Shown here: piece after piece, positions 41,632-56,576 of the stretch | How positions within the stretch are numbered: the first letter of the stretch is position 1 | Layout of the letters: every line of letters begins with the position of its first letter | Origin: Eledone cirrhosa | Taxonomy: Eukaryota | Assembly (NCBI GenBank): GCA_964016885.1 | Contig: OZ024753.1 | Location: 44,082,001-44,146,000, forward strand | Length of the DNA: 64,000 nt | Direction of reading: 5' to 3' | The notes under the pieces: model-generated | Told to the model about the DNA's origin: nothing | Databases searched by the model: none | The model's input: the letters and a program-made list of their open reading frames with translations, nothing else | Program-made: the position numbers and the translations under genes

Positions 41632-43006
41632 AGGAAACACTTTTTGCAGAGAGAGGCGAAATTGCTATAAATATTGAATATTATTGTCAGCTAAAAGTAG
41701 AACAGAGTTTAATATTGACTGGCTCTTCATTAAACAATTAATAAATGTTTTATAAATCATTCTTTCCTAGTGGAATAATATTGAATGTGATAACGAGAGA
41801 GTGGAGAGTAGGTGTGGGGAGAGAGAGAGAGCAATGAGATGAGACATGCTTTAGAACATGTGTTGAGAAGAGACGGGAAGTGGTTGTGTACGTGAGTGTT
41901 TGAATATTAAATGGATAGCTTGAAAATATGAGAATGAGTGGCGGTTGTAGGAGGAAGTGAGTAAGTATATGTCAAAGAGGGAGAGGGGCAAGAAGAAGAG
42001 TTAGTGAAAGTGTTGGAAGGAGGCTAACTGTGAAGAGTAGAATAGCAAGATGATATGAGATGATAAAACTAGTAATCCTATTAGTCTTTTACTGGTTGCA
42101 GTCATTAGACTATGGCCATGCTGGGGCACAAACAAATTACTACGGCCATCGGTGGTGCCCCCCCCCCCCCAGCAATTACCCTCTTTGCACCCCCCCCCCC
42201 CCTGATTGAATCTGTCCCTGGCTTGAACATACATATGTAACCAAGATACAATTCCTGGTCTGTCAAAGAGGACAGAAGCTACCGTTATGTAGTGGCTTGG
42301 TCGGGGATGATCCACCTAGCAACTAAAAAGCTAGAAAAAATAGATGTTAAATGATGATGCTGGTGTTGATGATATATATATGTGTGTGTGTATGTCTGTG
42401 TCTGTATATATATGTATATATATATATGCATGTGTGTGTGTCTATATATATATGATGATGATGATATGCATGTGTCTGTGTCTGTATATATGTGTGTGTG
42501 TATGTATATATATATATGCATGTGTGTGTATGTGTATATATATATATATGTGTGTGTGTGTCTGTATATGTGTGTAAAATAATTTTTATACTCTACTTAT
42601 ATTTATTGAGTGCTTTTACAGTAAATGTTTGTTGACATAAACAGAGAGAGAAAGAGTCTGTTAAATAAATAGAGAAAGAATAATTGAATGGATGGGAAAA
42701 TAGGTGAAAGAGAAAGAGAGAGAACTTGGAAGAGAGAGAGGGGGGGAGAGAAACAGAGGAAAGGGGAATAACATTGAAAGACAACAAAAGAAATAAAATA
42801 TGAAAAAATAGCTGTGAATGAGTGAGAGAGATAGTGTGAAAAAGAGAGATGGTAAGAGAGAGAGAGAGATGGTGAGAGAAAGAGGGAGTGAGAATTCAGA
42901 GACGCTAGAAAGACGGTGAAAGAGAGAGAGATAGATAGAGAGAGAGAGAGAGAGAAAGAAAGTGATAGTGAGAAAAAGAGAGATTTCAGAGAGAGATGGT
43001 GTGAGA

Positions 43007-43047
<41 letters not shown>

Positions 43048-43431
43048 TGAGAGAAAGAGAGAGAGTTCAGAGAGAGATGTTGAGAGAAAAGGAGAGAATG
43101 AGGAAAAAGGTGAAAGCTGTGATTAATGACTGCAATCAGATCTATAAAAGGATTTGATTGGCAAAACTTTAAACGATAATCTGTAAAAAAAAAAATAAAT
43201 AAATGGAGAAATCCCACAGGGAAGGAAGTTAGCAAAGAATGAAAAGGAAAATGATGGCAATATAATAATAATAATAATAATAATAAAATAATAATAATAA
43301 AATGATAACATGATAATTTTAAAGAAGACACAGCATTATTTATTAAAATGGACAGTTTTTTTGCAAGGTTCTAGTAACAGTCGTAGTGAGAATGACGGCT
43401 GCCAGTAAACAACATTACTATCTAACTGTTG

Positions 43432-43982
43432 ATTTCTTATCACAAGGTACAAGGTTATGATGTTTAGTTTAAAGCAAGAGCTTCACCCTAAGTTTATTAC
43501 TGGTACTTATTCTCTCCCAGCAGTGGAAATGTTTGGAATCAAAACATGAAGTTAGCAATAGTTTTAAGATCATTATTTTTGCCCTGCTTTCTTATCACTA
43601 GCTACAAGGCTACGCTGTTTAGTTTAAAGCAAGAGCTTCACCCTAAGTTTATTACTGGTACTTATTCTCTCCCAGCAGTGGAAATGTTTGGAATCAAAAC
43701 ATGAAGTTAGCAATAGTTTTAAGATCATTATTTTTGCCCTGCTTTCTTATCACTAGCTACAAGGCTACGATGTTTAGTTTAAAGCAAGAGCTTTACTCTA
43801 AGTTTATTACTGGTACTTATTCTCTCCCAGCAGTTGAAGTGTTTGGAATCAAAACATGAAGGTAGCCATTGTTTTAAGGTCATTTTTTCAAATGATTTCT
43901 TATCACAAGTTACAAGGCTACGATGTTTATTTTCAAGCAAGAGCCTCACCCTAGGTTTATTATTGGTACTTATTTTCTCCCA
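43432..43982. repeat. 155-bp tandem repeat, ~3.5 units
   Basis: tgtttagtttaaagcaagagc at 43461, 43616, 43771 and ~43924. Confidence 0.92.
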
Positions 43983-46900
43983 ACATTAGTTTCAAATACT
44001 GCCACTGCTGGTAGAGAATAGCTTACCACTGTTACTAGTATTTTCTCCCAGTAGTGGCACTGTTTGGAATTAAGACATGGAAGTGGCAAATGTTTTAAAG
44101 TCATTTTTCCCCTGCTAAAACAGTGTTGACCCATGCAAGCCCCATCATTATTATTTGTGAAATCGTTTTGAAAGCATTTTGATGGTGATTGATGAAAGGT
44201 AGATAATAAAGATGATGATAATGAGAAAGAGGAGGAGTGAGATATATTTGAAGTAGAGGCATTGCCTACTATGTACGACCCTGTTTAAAACATCAAATCC
44301 TTCCTCATCATCACAGAAAACTAATATATCTATCTATAAACTACAACTAATGTGTAGATGTCTGACAACTCTTCTTATAGATTGAGAAAATGTCTGACAT
44401 GTATTTTCTAAAAAGTTGAAAAAGACCTTCAAACTGGAGAAGATAAGATGGTTACATTCTTATTTACTACACACCACTGACAGTTAAGTATATCTTCAAG
44501 GAACACAGCAAGCTTAGTACCAGTAACAAGATGCAAATAGTAAGCTCTACGGTTCTGTTGCAAAATTGCAAGATAGAATAATGGAAGACACTTCCTATGA
44601 TTTTCAAATAATTTAGAAAATAATCAAGAATTTAGAATAACCTAGTAACGTAACTATTTTTGTTGTTATTAAGTTCATGTTTGGTGCATAACATAACAAA
44701 GATTTTGGGATAAAATTATGATGAAAGTGTTTTTTTTATAAATATGAGCACCCTAAAATAAAATAAAGATTTATATCACAGAATAAGGTAAAGTTTTCGG
44801 CCAAGTGTTACCAAAAGGGTTAAACATACATTAGTTCAAAATCTTCCTAATTCTTTACCCCTGAGTTCTGTTAGATATGCTAATTTCAAATATATTTTCA
44901 TTGGTGTTACTTAGCTGTAATCTATCAGTTCTTTATAGATCTCTAATAAGCATTTTATTTTTCCTCCAAATATCAAGATTCATTCCTGTTGATTATTGCA
45001 TTTGGAAATTAATCTAATCACTGTAGTATTTTGTAAGCTACAAACACCTCAAGCTATTTATGACACTTCTCCATCAGTATATACTCATGATTCAATTATT
45101 GAAATAAAATCAATAATTTCTTATAGTTAACATTTTAATTAGTGATTTATGACATTATAAAATCACACATTTACATGTGAAATTCTTTCGTTTTTTTTTC
45201 CTTCTTTACTGTTGATTTTTGATTTTTTATTTATATTTCGTTTTTAGATTTATTTATCCAGAATTTTATATATAATACAATTTCTTAAAAGGAACAAACA
45301 AATTATTTCTATTTTCATATATAAATTAGCTGAACATATTCGAGATTCAAGGAGGTTTGTAGGTTTGCTAATAAGAACTTAACAAATTATAAAAATGGTA
45401 GTGATGTTGAGAAAGTTTCTTTCTAAAAACATTCTTAATTACTCAAGATTGTTGACACATTAATTTAATTGTATCACTTAATGAACTAAATCATAAGGCA
45501 GATGTCTATTGTTTTGTGTTTTAATACAAGTGAGAACATTTCCTCTTTCATGTGAAACAGTTATGAGGTTTTCATTTTTAAAATTATTTTTGTGTTTATA
45601 TTTTTCAAATTTTGATTCTAATTTCTTGAATCTTCTTTCTAAGAAAGAGAGAAATATTGAAATATAAGGAAGAAACACATAGTTGCAAGTATGTACTTCT
45701 ATATATTAAATATTTGTTTATTCTTTGGCCATGTTGTGGCAATCTCTGCCTTGATTTATTCAATCACATCAACTTGTAGTATTTAGTTTCAAGTCTGGTA
45801 CCTATTTTAGCTATCTTTGTTATTTGTTTTTGTCTATGAGACATAAACACAGACAGAAATCTAAACATAAACACAGACAAACACACACACATAACAGACA
45901 CACACATAAACACACATACACACACATTCACAGACATGCACACACACACATACATATACACACACATTCACAGACATGCACACACACACATATACTATAA
46001 GCTTCTTCTGCAGTCTCTGTCCATCAAATTCCACTCACAATGCATTGGTCAACCCAATTAGAAGACACTCAAGATATTGTACAGTGGAACTGAACTCCCA
46101 ACCCTGTGGTTGTGAAGAAACTCCTTCACCATAGAGCCAGCCTTACTATAGTTCCAAATTCAATATATGGCTATGTGATACTTTTTATTTGATCTTGTAA
46201 TGAAAAATATTTGTGCAACGGTAAATTTCCACATTTTCAATGGTTTTTCTTTTGGACTGTTATATCACGTGACTACTCCCCACCCCTAGTTACTAAAAGG
46301 CAACAGAACATCATAAAGTGTGATTTTAATGGAAAATACACAAAGAGAGAGAGAGAGAGAGAAGATAAAATATCAAAGATATTTACAAATTTTACATTTC
46401 TTACCATTCATATTCCTCGTGGAGAACCATTCCTCGTTTTATTATTATTATTATTATTACTGTTTTATTATTATTTTTTTGTTTGTTTGTTTATTTGTTT
46501 CTTTTTCCTTTTTTTTTCTTTTCGTGTTTTGAAATTATTGAAATAAAATGCATATTTACCAATATGGCAATTGAAACTTATTGCATGACAAAAATATAAG
46601 GAAGAAAAAGAGAAGCATCAATACCCCACAATGCCTTTTTCGGTAGTTTGTATTGATACACAGGTTTTTAAAAGAAGAATCAACATTATCAGTAGTTGTT
46701 GGTTGTTTCCATACCAACAGCAATAGCAGATACTATTGAAATTGAAAAATAAATAATAAAAAAAAAAAAAAATTTAGGGAAGAGATAAAAGAGATTTAAG
46801 ATTAGTTTGTAAAGTTTGTCAGTTCAACATAGTGTCATTATATGCTGAACACTATACACTATATAGTCGGTATCATATACAGAGAAATAATACTGCAAAT

Positions 46901-47267
46901 GAATACATAAATCTTAGAGATATATGATTTGAAATGAGATTTAGAAATATTAAGATCAGATTATAATGGTAACTGAGGTAACCATAAACCACTCTCTAGA
47001 AGTCAAATTATTTTCTTTTTCTTCCTTCGCTGATTTCAGTCATTGCTCTGTGGTCAGGCTGGAGCATTTTTTAAAGGAGTTTCATGGATTATATCGATTC
47101 AGGTATTTTCATCATTCTTACATATAAAATGTAAACTAAATATTGGCATATGGGGAAATAACTCTCTCAGTTTGGTGTTAGGAGCAGCAACAAGTTGTAG
47201 AACCCATGCCAAAATTTAATGTATGAGTAAGACCTGTTCATCTGATCTGTCAAGTATCAGAATGTCA

Positions 47268-47985
47268 TCATCCGGTGGCCTCATCTGAAATGGACTCAAC
47301 AATTGATCTCCACGTGGGTCTGTCGTTCATTGCCGTTGCCAAGTCCTGGATTTCAATTCCAGAATCTCTGGAGATGACATTGGGATAGGAGAGCTTGCAT
47401 CCCCTGTTATTAGTGACTGCTTGGGGTTTACAAAGCACTAGTAGGGAGACAGCCTTATAGGTGGCATGATGGCAGTGGCCAGTAAATTGGGATAGGAGAG
47501 CTTGCATCCCCTGTTATTAGTGACTGCTTGTGGTTTACAAAGCACTAATGGGGAGACAGCCTCAGAGGTGGCACGTTGACAGTGGCCAGTAAATCGGGAT
47601 AGGAGAGATTGCGACCCCTGTTATTAGTGACTGCTTGTGGTTTCCAAATCACTAATGGGGAGACAGCCTCAGAGGTGGCACGATGACAGTGGCCAGTAAA
47701 TCGGGATAGGAGAGATTGCGACCCCTGTTATTAGTGACTGCTTGTGGTTTCCAAATCACTAATGCGGACACAACCTCAGAGGTGGCACGATGACAGTGGC
47801 CAGTAAATCGGGATAGGAGAGATTGCGACCCCTGTTATTAGTGACTGCTTGTGGTTTCCAAATAACTAATGGGGACACAACCTCAGAGGTGGCACGATGA
47901 CAGTGGCCAGCAAATCTTACTCTCCTTTTATGTACAATGACAGATATGCGTGGGAGGCCAGCATATATCTCTCCCATAGTCAGAT
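47268..47985 (-). pseudogene. RTE-like LINE 3' fragment with an internal 107-bp x5 tandem amplification
   Basis: EIYAGLPRISVIVHKRRVRFAGHCHRA...LVIWKP...RGR.LSYPD...MNDRPTWRSIV. gggataggagag recurs at 47382, 47489, 47596, 47703 and 47810. Confidence 0.85.
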
Positions 47986-48939
47986 GTTACCAGATATAAA
48001 ACAGTGATGATGATATATTAAATTCACTACTTTCAGCATTTTTATATTATACAAAATACACAATGAACATTAGAGTAAGAAAGAATAACTCCATCGACAG
48101 GAAATCTAGACATATTTTTTCCTAGCTTCCAGTATTTAACCAGCGTATCTGATTCTTTGGGGTAAAATAGAACAAGATATTTTACACCGACAGCTATAAA
48201 TTTTCCATTGCTGATACTATCTATTGGTGAGAACTCCTGGCAAAAATAGCTGATATTTTTATACTCAGTTTATTGGCTAACTTAATTATGTAACAACAGA
48301 TCTGAACAGCAATCTAGAGGAGTTGAAAAGCAGAAATAGCATTGAATTATTAGCAGAGTCTTATGCAATCTGTCATTAGTTATATAAGTCTCTTCAGAGG
48401 TTGTATTTCTGAGGTATCTCTTGCCATTGTCTGTGTCATTAGAAAGAGCTGTGTTAATTATTGACTGACCCCTACTTTATTATAGAAGATGGGAATAAAT
48501 ATTAATGATCATACACATACATACACAGATATACATACACACATACATACAAATACAAACCTACACACGCACACATACATGCATACATGCAAACACATGT
48601 ACACACACTCATACTTACATATATGCACACAAACACGTGTACACACACACACACTTACATGCCAACAAGTACACCTACACATGTACACACAATTATTACC
48701 TTTATATATAGCTGACAAATAATCAATACAAAGTAATAGAAATTTATGACAATTTGAAATAATTCATTATTAGTTGTCTAATTAATTTATTATTGTTTTA
48801 TTTTTGGTTTTATCTTTTTTTTTAACCTAGATGAAATCTAACGCCATTCCTGCATTGCAGGAGTTAATTAACAAGTAAAATTTTTATGAGAAAATAAAAT
48901 GGCTACATCAGAGAAGAAACCTGACTGGTGAGACTGTAG

Positions 48940-49253
48940 AACATAACACACAACACCTGTGAGATGAAAGGTGAAGGTGACATGGTGGCAGTATAGTAGT
49001 GTTGAGAGAGAGAGAGGGATAGAGAGCGAGAGAGATTGTTAAAGATAGTCTTGGACAATCTGAAGAAATTGGGGCCATACAGATCAATGCTGAGTTGCCA
49101 GATGAGAACATAACACACACACAACACCTGTGAGATGAAAGATGAAGGAGACATGGTGGTGAAATATTACTGTAGAGAGAGAACTATAGATTGTTAAAGA
49201 TAATCTGAAGAATATGGGGCAGCAAAAATCAATGCTGTGTTGTTAGATGAGAA
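48940..49253. repeat. ~165-bp diverged tandem duplication
   Basis: gaacataacacacaacacctgtgagatgaaag...gattgttaaagata...atcaatgctg occurs twice. Confidence 0.85.
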
Positions 49254-49825
49254 AGCTAGGTGTCAGGTTTACATATCACAGAAGGAAACTGAAGGCAAGT
49301 GGTTTGTTAGTGTTGTACATTTAAAGGATCAGAGATTTGAAGTATTTGGGATTGCGAGGTGGTAAATTATTGGGCGGTAAATGGGTTTTCAGAATGGCCC
49401 TAGTGCCCTTAGTTTCATAGGTATTCAAATGACAGGAACCTGTTGTTATTATGGGGAGGTTGCTGAATGTGGAGATTGTAAGGACCAGAAGAGGGACTAT
49501 CTTTAGTAGACTCAACAGAACTGTCTGTGAAGGTCAACAGTTATATGGTCAAAAGTTAGCTTTGCCTTTCATCCTTACAGGGTCAATAAAATAAATTATT
49601 GGGGTCAATTTAATTGACTTTCTCCCCCGTCTCCAAATATGTTGACCTTGTGTGTAACTCAGAAACTGTTATATATGGTCAAAGCGATCATTAAGTATAT
49701 GAAGGGGAAGGACACCAGAATATCAGGGATGCTGAGATGCTGACAAAAGATAGTTTGGGTTACTCTTTTACATATCCAAACAGGTGATACATGATGGTGC
49801 CACAACCAATGATTGGCATAACATA

Positions 49826-50030
49826 ATGGTTTCTGATTTAGGCTCAAGGCCAACAAATTTGGGCAATTAAATTGACCTTAATCAATTACTGGTACTTTAT
49901 TTTATCGACCCCATAAGAATGAAAGGCAAACTAACCTCAGTGGGATTTGAACTCAGAATATAAAATGATTGTTCCTAAATGCTACAAAAAATTTTGTCTG
50001 ACTTCCTAACAATTCTGCCAATCCACCATC
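49826..50030 (-). mobile_element. Older S1-type SINE
   Basis: Reverse tail, central domain, gggatttgaactc and ctgccaatccacc. Confidence 0.8.
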
Positions 50031-51774
50031 CAGATTTACCAATAATAATCAATTTAGCGTATTAAAAGACTTAATACTAACTTAATGGTTTTAGATATAT
50101 TGTAGAGGTCATTCTTCAAAGTTAAAGAAGGGAAATTTTTTCAATCAAGAATATAGAAAGCTGTATTTTACCAAACATTGACATTGCCAGTATTTCTGTG
50201 TACCACATGGCATCACAAATACAAAGAGTTCAAACATGAAAGGGACCTCACATCAATTTTGTTCTGGTGAAAGAGGAGGGCATTGACCCATCAAAATTAG
50301 TTTATTGTTTAGTTTCTTCTCCTAACAATACACAATCTACAGCTATACAGTTTTATAGGTAATGGATATATTTAACAATTTTATTAGGAACAAAGCAAAA
50401 ACTTTTATTTCCTCATATAAAGAAAGTTATAGCAATTTGTTGAAATAATTAATATTCATTTTTCTATTAAGATAATTAACCCCAAGCTAGCTAGACAAAT
50501 TTTGAAAATTATGTATTCTGATCTATTAAACTAATTAGTATCAAGAAAGCAAAAATGAATGTTCAAGAAATAAAAAAAACAATCATTGTAGATTCTAGAT
50601 GAAGATGCAGGAAGACAAAGAATGAGATAATTTTCGGTTTTACTATATTGGATAATATATTAAGTGTCTAGTGTTCTGTGAATGGTTTTGGTAAGGAAGT
50701 TAAATGAAAATGTATAGAACCCACCTATGTAGGTTTAGCTGGCTTACTATGTGGTTGTATCACATATGAAACCTCTTGGGTGTTTTAATGATAAGGGTCT
50801 CAATCCCATTATGAAAATCTATGTGAAATGAAGCATCTTGCTCAAGAATATATCATCATCATCACTGTTTAATGTCCATTTTTCCACACTAGCATAGGTT
50901 AGATGAGTTATCCTGTTGTGAGCAATGCCAGGTCAGGTGACTATGTCTTGCTCATACAGAACTGCTCTCTAATTCAGGAAGTGGAGACTTCTGGTGTCGT
51001 TGGCCCTAGCACCACCTCCTTACTCACCACCATCAGCACAGTGTTAGCTACCTGCAGATGTGAGTTTTACTATCTGGAATGGTTCTTCCAGTGCATCCCC
51101 CTCACTATCCTCCAGGAAAACTCTTTCTCTATTCTGTCTGCCAGGGCCATGGGGTGGCCAGTGTGTGTAGGTAAATAAATAAGTGATGAGACATCAATAA
51201 AAGAATGTTTATGTGAGTGTGCATCCATGAAACATATACATATACACCGAGCACAAAGGAACCAAACTCCCACTATCTCTGTCTCTCCTGCTTAAAGAAG
51301 GTGTTTCCATGCAGAATGGTGAGGGAGACACACTGGAAGAGCAGTTTTCTTACCAGATATTCCAGGGATGACTCTTCTTCTATTACATTCTTGGGAACTC
51401 TTCTACCAGATGAAATACCTTCACAGAAGTAGTTTAATTTATAAATGTATATGGAACTCATAGTTTGCCTCAATATTTTCTTTACCACAAAAATAAAAAA
51501 AAAATATTTATCTCTAAAACAATACATAAAAAAATTAATTTGTTTCACTTGCACAATTTAAAAGAAATTAAAAAGAAATTATGATAGCAATTTTTCATTT
51601 TTTAATTGATTTTTTTCTTTTTGCTGCCATTAAATTAATTTGTTTTAATTTTAACATCTTTGTTTATGAATGTTTTTTTTAGAGTTGTTTCTTCATTGAG
51701 ATATATATCAATGTAATTTAGGCCTTCACTGAAGGAGTTTGATTCCATAATATATTTTGATTCATGATTCTCCA

Positions 51775-52285
51775 AAGCCAAACTCGCTATCTTCAATTTG
51801 GTAATCAGGTCAACCCTTACTTATTGTCAGGAATCTTGGGTAATGACTGAAAGAATATGATTGTAAATACAAGCAGCCAAAATGCAGTCCCTCTGAAGGG
51901 CCTTTCTAGTAACATTACTCTATTGAGTTCCTAATTTGGAGATCAAAAAATCATTCCAGGTAAAGCTGTTACTTCTCCAAATTGAGACACTATGGGAATG
52001 TTGTTAGAATGTCTCAGGAAAGAATCACTGGACAGATTTTATGTGCAAAACTAACCGGTAGGAGACCCAGGAGAAGACAATGAGTTTTATGGTTGGATAA
52101 CATTCATGAATTCAGCCGATCTCGCTTGGGGACTCTGCCCCCACAACCCTCTCAGGAATATGTGGGCAAAGAAGTCAACCCTTACCTATGGTCATGAATA
52201 TTGGGTAATCACCGAAAGAATATGTTTGCAAATACAAGCTGCTGAAATGGGGCTCCTCTGGAGAGTCTTTGGAGTAATGTTACTC
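51775..52285 (+). pseudogene. Rex3/Expander-like RTE LINE fragments (51775-52135 and a second overlapping piece at 52172-52285)
   Basis: KLAIF..VIRSTLTYCQESWVMTERI..IQAA.M...LLLQIE...GNVVRM...TGRRPRRR..WLD and STLTYGHEYWVITERICLQIQAAEMGLLWRV..DRVSS. Confidence 0.85.
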
Positions 52286-55200
52286 GATAGAGTGTCTAGC
52301 TGAGCTCACTTTTGATGCAATGGAAGTATTTTTCTATAGCTGGTTGGATGACTCATGTGGTACTAAGGTGTGACCATATGCTAGTGGGCCTACATGCCAC
52401 ATGCTTGGCTGCCAGTCTTCTTCCTCCATACTGTGTAGGCTCTGCCTATACCTGTAAGAGCATAGTTATCATGTTGCCACTGTAAGCTACTCCATTGTCT
52501 TGTTTGTATTACTAAATATTTCCAAATTCTCAATTATTTAAAAATGTATTTGAAACTCATAAACAATGTCTTTTATTAGAAATATGCTAACAGAGCGGCT
52601 AAACACATTCTGTTTATTCTATATCTGTCTTTAATTCTTCTATGATTTCTCTCTATTTATACCTATTTATTCCATAAACACCTCATTTATACCTCTGACA
52701 TGTTGGTTCTATCATGGAATGGCCAGAAGCAATCTAAATGGATTCAAACTTCTACCAACCAATAGCTGTTAATCTAAATTTGTGTAAAATTAATCTCCCT
52801 TAGAATAACACATTTTTAATTGATATAAAAACTAATTAATTTCTGCTCACAAATGCTTTATATATAGTCAGTATGAAAGCTAGTTTGCTTCAATATTTTC
52901 TTTACCAAAAAACAAAACAATTTAAAAAAATGATTTATCTATGAAAAAGTATATAAAAAATTAATTTGTTTCACTTGCACAATTTAAAAGAAATTGTTAT
53001 GGTAGCAATTTTTCACCTTTTATACGATATTTTTTTTACTGCCATTAAATTAATTTGTTCTCAATTTGATTTCTTTGTTCATGAATGATTTTTTAGAGCT
53101 GTTTCTTAACTGAGATTTTTTTAATGTCATTTTAGTCTAGCATTTCAGTTCAATCACTATTTCTGCTAATAAAGCTGAAATAAGTACACTTTATATACCT
53201 GGTTTTGTTCACAAACATTTCTGTCAAATATATTCTGTATGTTCTGAGATTTATTGAAAACTAGGAAGGTTTTAAATGTCTCTGTGTTACAGTTATTATC
53301 ATTTTCATCTGGAAGTATTTATTTCTTAATTTTAATGTTTCTGTTTAGAATTTAATAATAATGTATTTATTATATAAATAATTGTTTCTACTTTTGGCAC
53401 AAGGCCAGCAATTATCCCAGAGCAATTGTTTATAATTCTCACAGAATGAAAATATAAACACAAATAATATATATCATCATCATCATTGTTTAACATCTAT
53501 CTTCCACGCTAGCATGGGTTTAGATGGTAATATATATATATATATATACACACACACAATTAATCATTACTGAAACAACTGTGTTTCTTGTGTTACCTTA
53601 GCTATATTCTTTTATGTACATGTGATATTAACTTTTTGGTGACTGTTTCTAATAAAAGACACTATATTTCAATTAGTTAAAGAAGATTTTTTCAGGGATT
53701 TATTAAAACCATTATTTCATTTTTAAGATAGTAACCTGCAGTTTAAAGAGGAACCTTTAACAGATCGTTTGTTGTTTTGCTATTTATTAATTAATAACTG
53801 ATACATCTGCAATTTATTGTTACATACAAAATTCATTTGCTCATGTTTAGATGAGCCATTTACTAATAATTGACTGAGCTTTGAGGTATTGAGAAAATCT
53901 ATACAAAGGTAAATGGAAAAACAAGAGTATGTGAGAGAGAGAGAGAGTGTGTGTGTATGGTGTGGTGTGGTATGGTATGGTATGGTCTTGTAACACCTGA
54001 TGAAGTTGTAGGGATACTGTAGTGGTATACAGCATTTCTTGAGCGTTTTTAAACCAGGCAGAGCCCATCCCTCTGCCGGTCTGAACACAGCAGATTTCTC
54101 CCAGAGAGGAACTGAGAAAGAGATATAGAGAAAGAATCGACTCCAGTACTAGACTGGTACTTTTTTATTGACCTTGAAAGGTCACAATGCACTGCCAGGA
54201 GTTGAACTTATGACCTTAGAATCATGAGCTGAACACCCTAACCACTGAGCCACACACCTCCATATTTCTCAGACTAGAGGAAGCGAGAAAGAGATATAGA
54301 GAAGGAATCGACCTAATACTAGACTGGTACTTCTTTTTTATGGACCTTGAATGGATAAAAGGTAAAGTTAGCCACAGAAACATATACAATGTATATTTAC
54401 GAACATAGTAGCTAAAGATGAAGAGAGGTGATAAAAATATGAAAATCTGGTATAGTCAAGTAATTATACAAGATAATGTTAGTACATTGAAAATTATGTT
54501 GTATTATATATATATATTATTAATACATTGAAAATTATGTTGTATTATTTATGTATATTAATATAGAAATGATGTAAAACTTAGAAAGTCAGATACTAAA
54601 GAACAATAGAAATTATGGTTGGAGATGTCACAAAGTTTTATACTGCACTTTCTTTCCTATTACACAACTGCGATAACATTGTCAGCTAAATATTCAGCCA
54701 TAAAATGGATATTTAACCAATAAAACATTAACTTAAGATAGACATTTACTATCTGAAGCCAGCAAAATAATTGGAATTGAAATTCTTTAAAATGGTTTGT
54801 ATTTGTTGTTGTTGTTGATGTTTTATGTAATGTTTCTTTTGTTTTCGTTTTTGTTATTTACGGTATATTAAGAAGTATGAATATACAATGATATTGATGA
54901 AATATATTAAATATATAATTTCATATCATATACACTCACACACACACACACATATATATATAATACATATATCTGTGTGTGTATATATATATATGTATAT
55001 ACACATATATATGTGTGAAAATATTTATGTATATACATATAATATATGTGTGGTGTGTGACTATGTATATATTGTTTAACAAATATACATGTTTGCATAT
55101 GAGAGTGGATATATATATATACTGTATATATATATGTCTGTGTATGTGCAAGGATGCATGTGTGTTTGTGTGTGTATTTATGTATCTATCTATATATACA

Positions 55201-56576
55201 TATTTGTTTGCAATAATAATATATTAACTATCAAATGTGTAAATATATATAACATATACTCATGTATACATACATTCCAAAACATACATACAAATAAGTT
55301 TTGTAGTATATGTATTTGTGTAAGAGTGTATATATCATAGTATCTGTGTATGTATATAATGTGTGTATCAGAATGTGTGTTTGTTTATTCTCTACAAAAT
55401 TTATATATTTTTGGCTAAAACTTCTCTATTGTAGAAATTTTAAAAATCAATTGTATTTCATTTTCTTTTTATAGAAAAATATATATTTAATAGAAAAATA
55501 TATATATATTTGATATACTTAGTTATCTACTTTTAAGTAATATTTGATGGTTACAACAATATTGGACTGCAACAATATTGATGATGATAATAATAATGGT
55601 AATAATAATAATAATACCAATAATAATAAGAAGAAGAAACAATAAGAAATATTTTAATATAAGGAAGCCATAAATATTTTAACAGAATACTTATATTTCT
55701 GGTTTACAATGCGAAGTAGAGAGAGTATGAAAATTAAGTTTATTCATTTGACGAGACCTTTTTAAAAGGAAATTCTGTTGGTTCAAGAATAATTGAAAAC
55801 TATTTCTGTAAAGGCGTCTTTCATTGTGTAAATTGTTGCTCTTTAGATAACATTGGCTTTCAAATTTTATTCAGACTTTCAGAATATTAGTTATTTGACA
55901 AATAGTCTTTAAAAATAATGAATAATTTCTAAATAAAATATTTCATCTTTTTTGTACCATCTTCGCCAACTGAATCAATTAATGTTTTTACAGATAAAAG
56001 ATATGATAATATTCATTTTAACAATTCATCAGAATATTTATCTTATCTATCTCTATATTTTTACAGTCATTCAAGCCAAACTGAGACTATGTAGGGTTGA
56101 GAGGGGCTCCTTGGCTCATGTTGAGGACATAATGTACTTTCTATTGCTGCGGCTACTATAACATGCATTCAGTCCACTTTGTAAAGTAGTGGTGGTGCTA
56201 ATGGTGGTGTCATGACAAAATGCACCCAGTACACTCTGTAAATAGTTTGGCATTAGAAAGGACTTCAAACTATTAGAAACCATGGCAAAAAGAACCATAT
56301 TAGCTGTTTAGTCTCAGAATGTGATGATCCATCCTACCCATGCTAGCAACATACATAAAACAATGATGATGATATCTATATCATCATCATTGTTTAACAC
56401 CTGTTTCAAGTAGTAACATATTAACCATTTAATTCTCGTTTAATCCTTTTGATACCAACCTAGCCAAAACCAACTCTCGTTCTAAGAATCAAAACCACCC
56501 ATTTTACAGGAGTCCTATTGAAATTAAAACCTTTATATGAAAATGTTTTTATTAATATTACAAATACTAACTTAAT

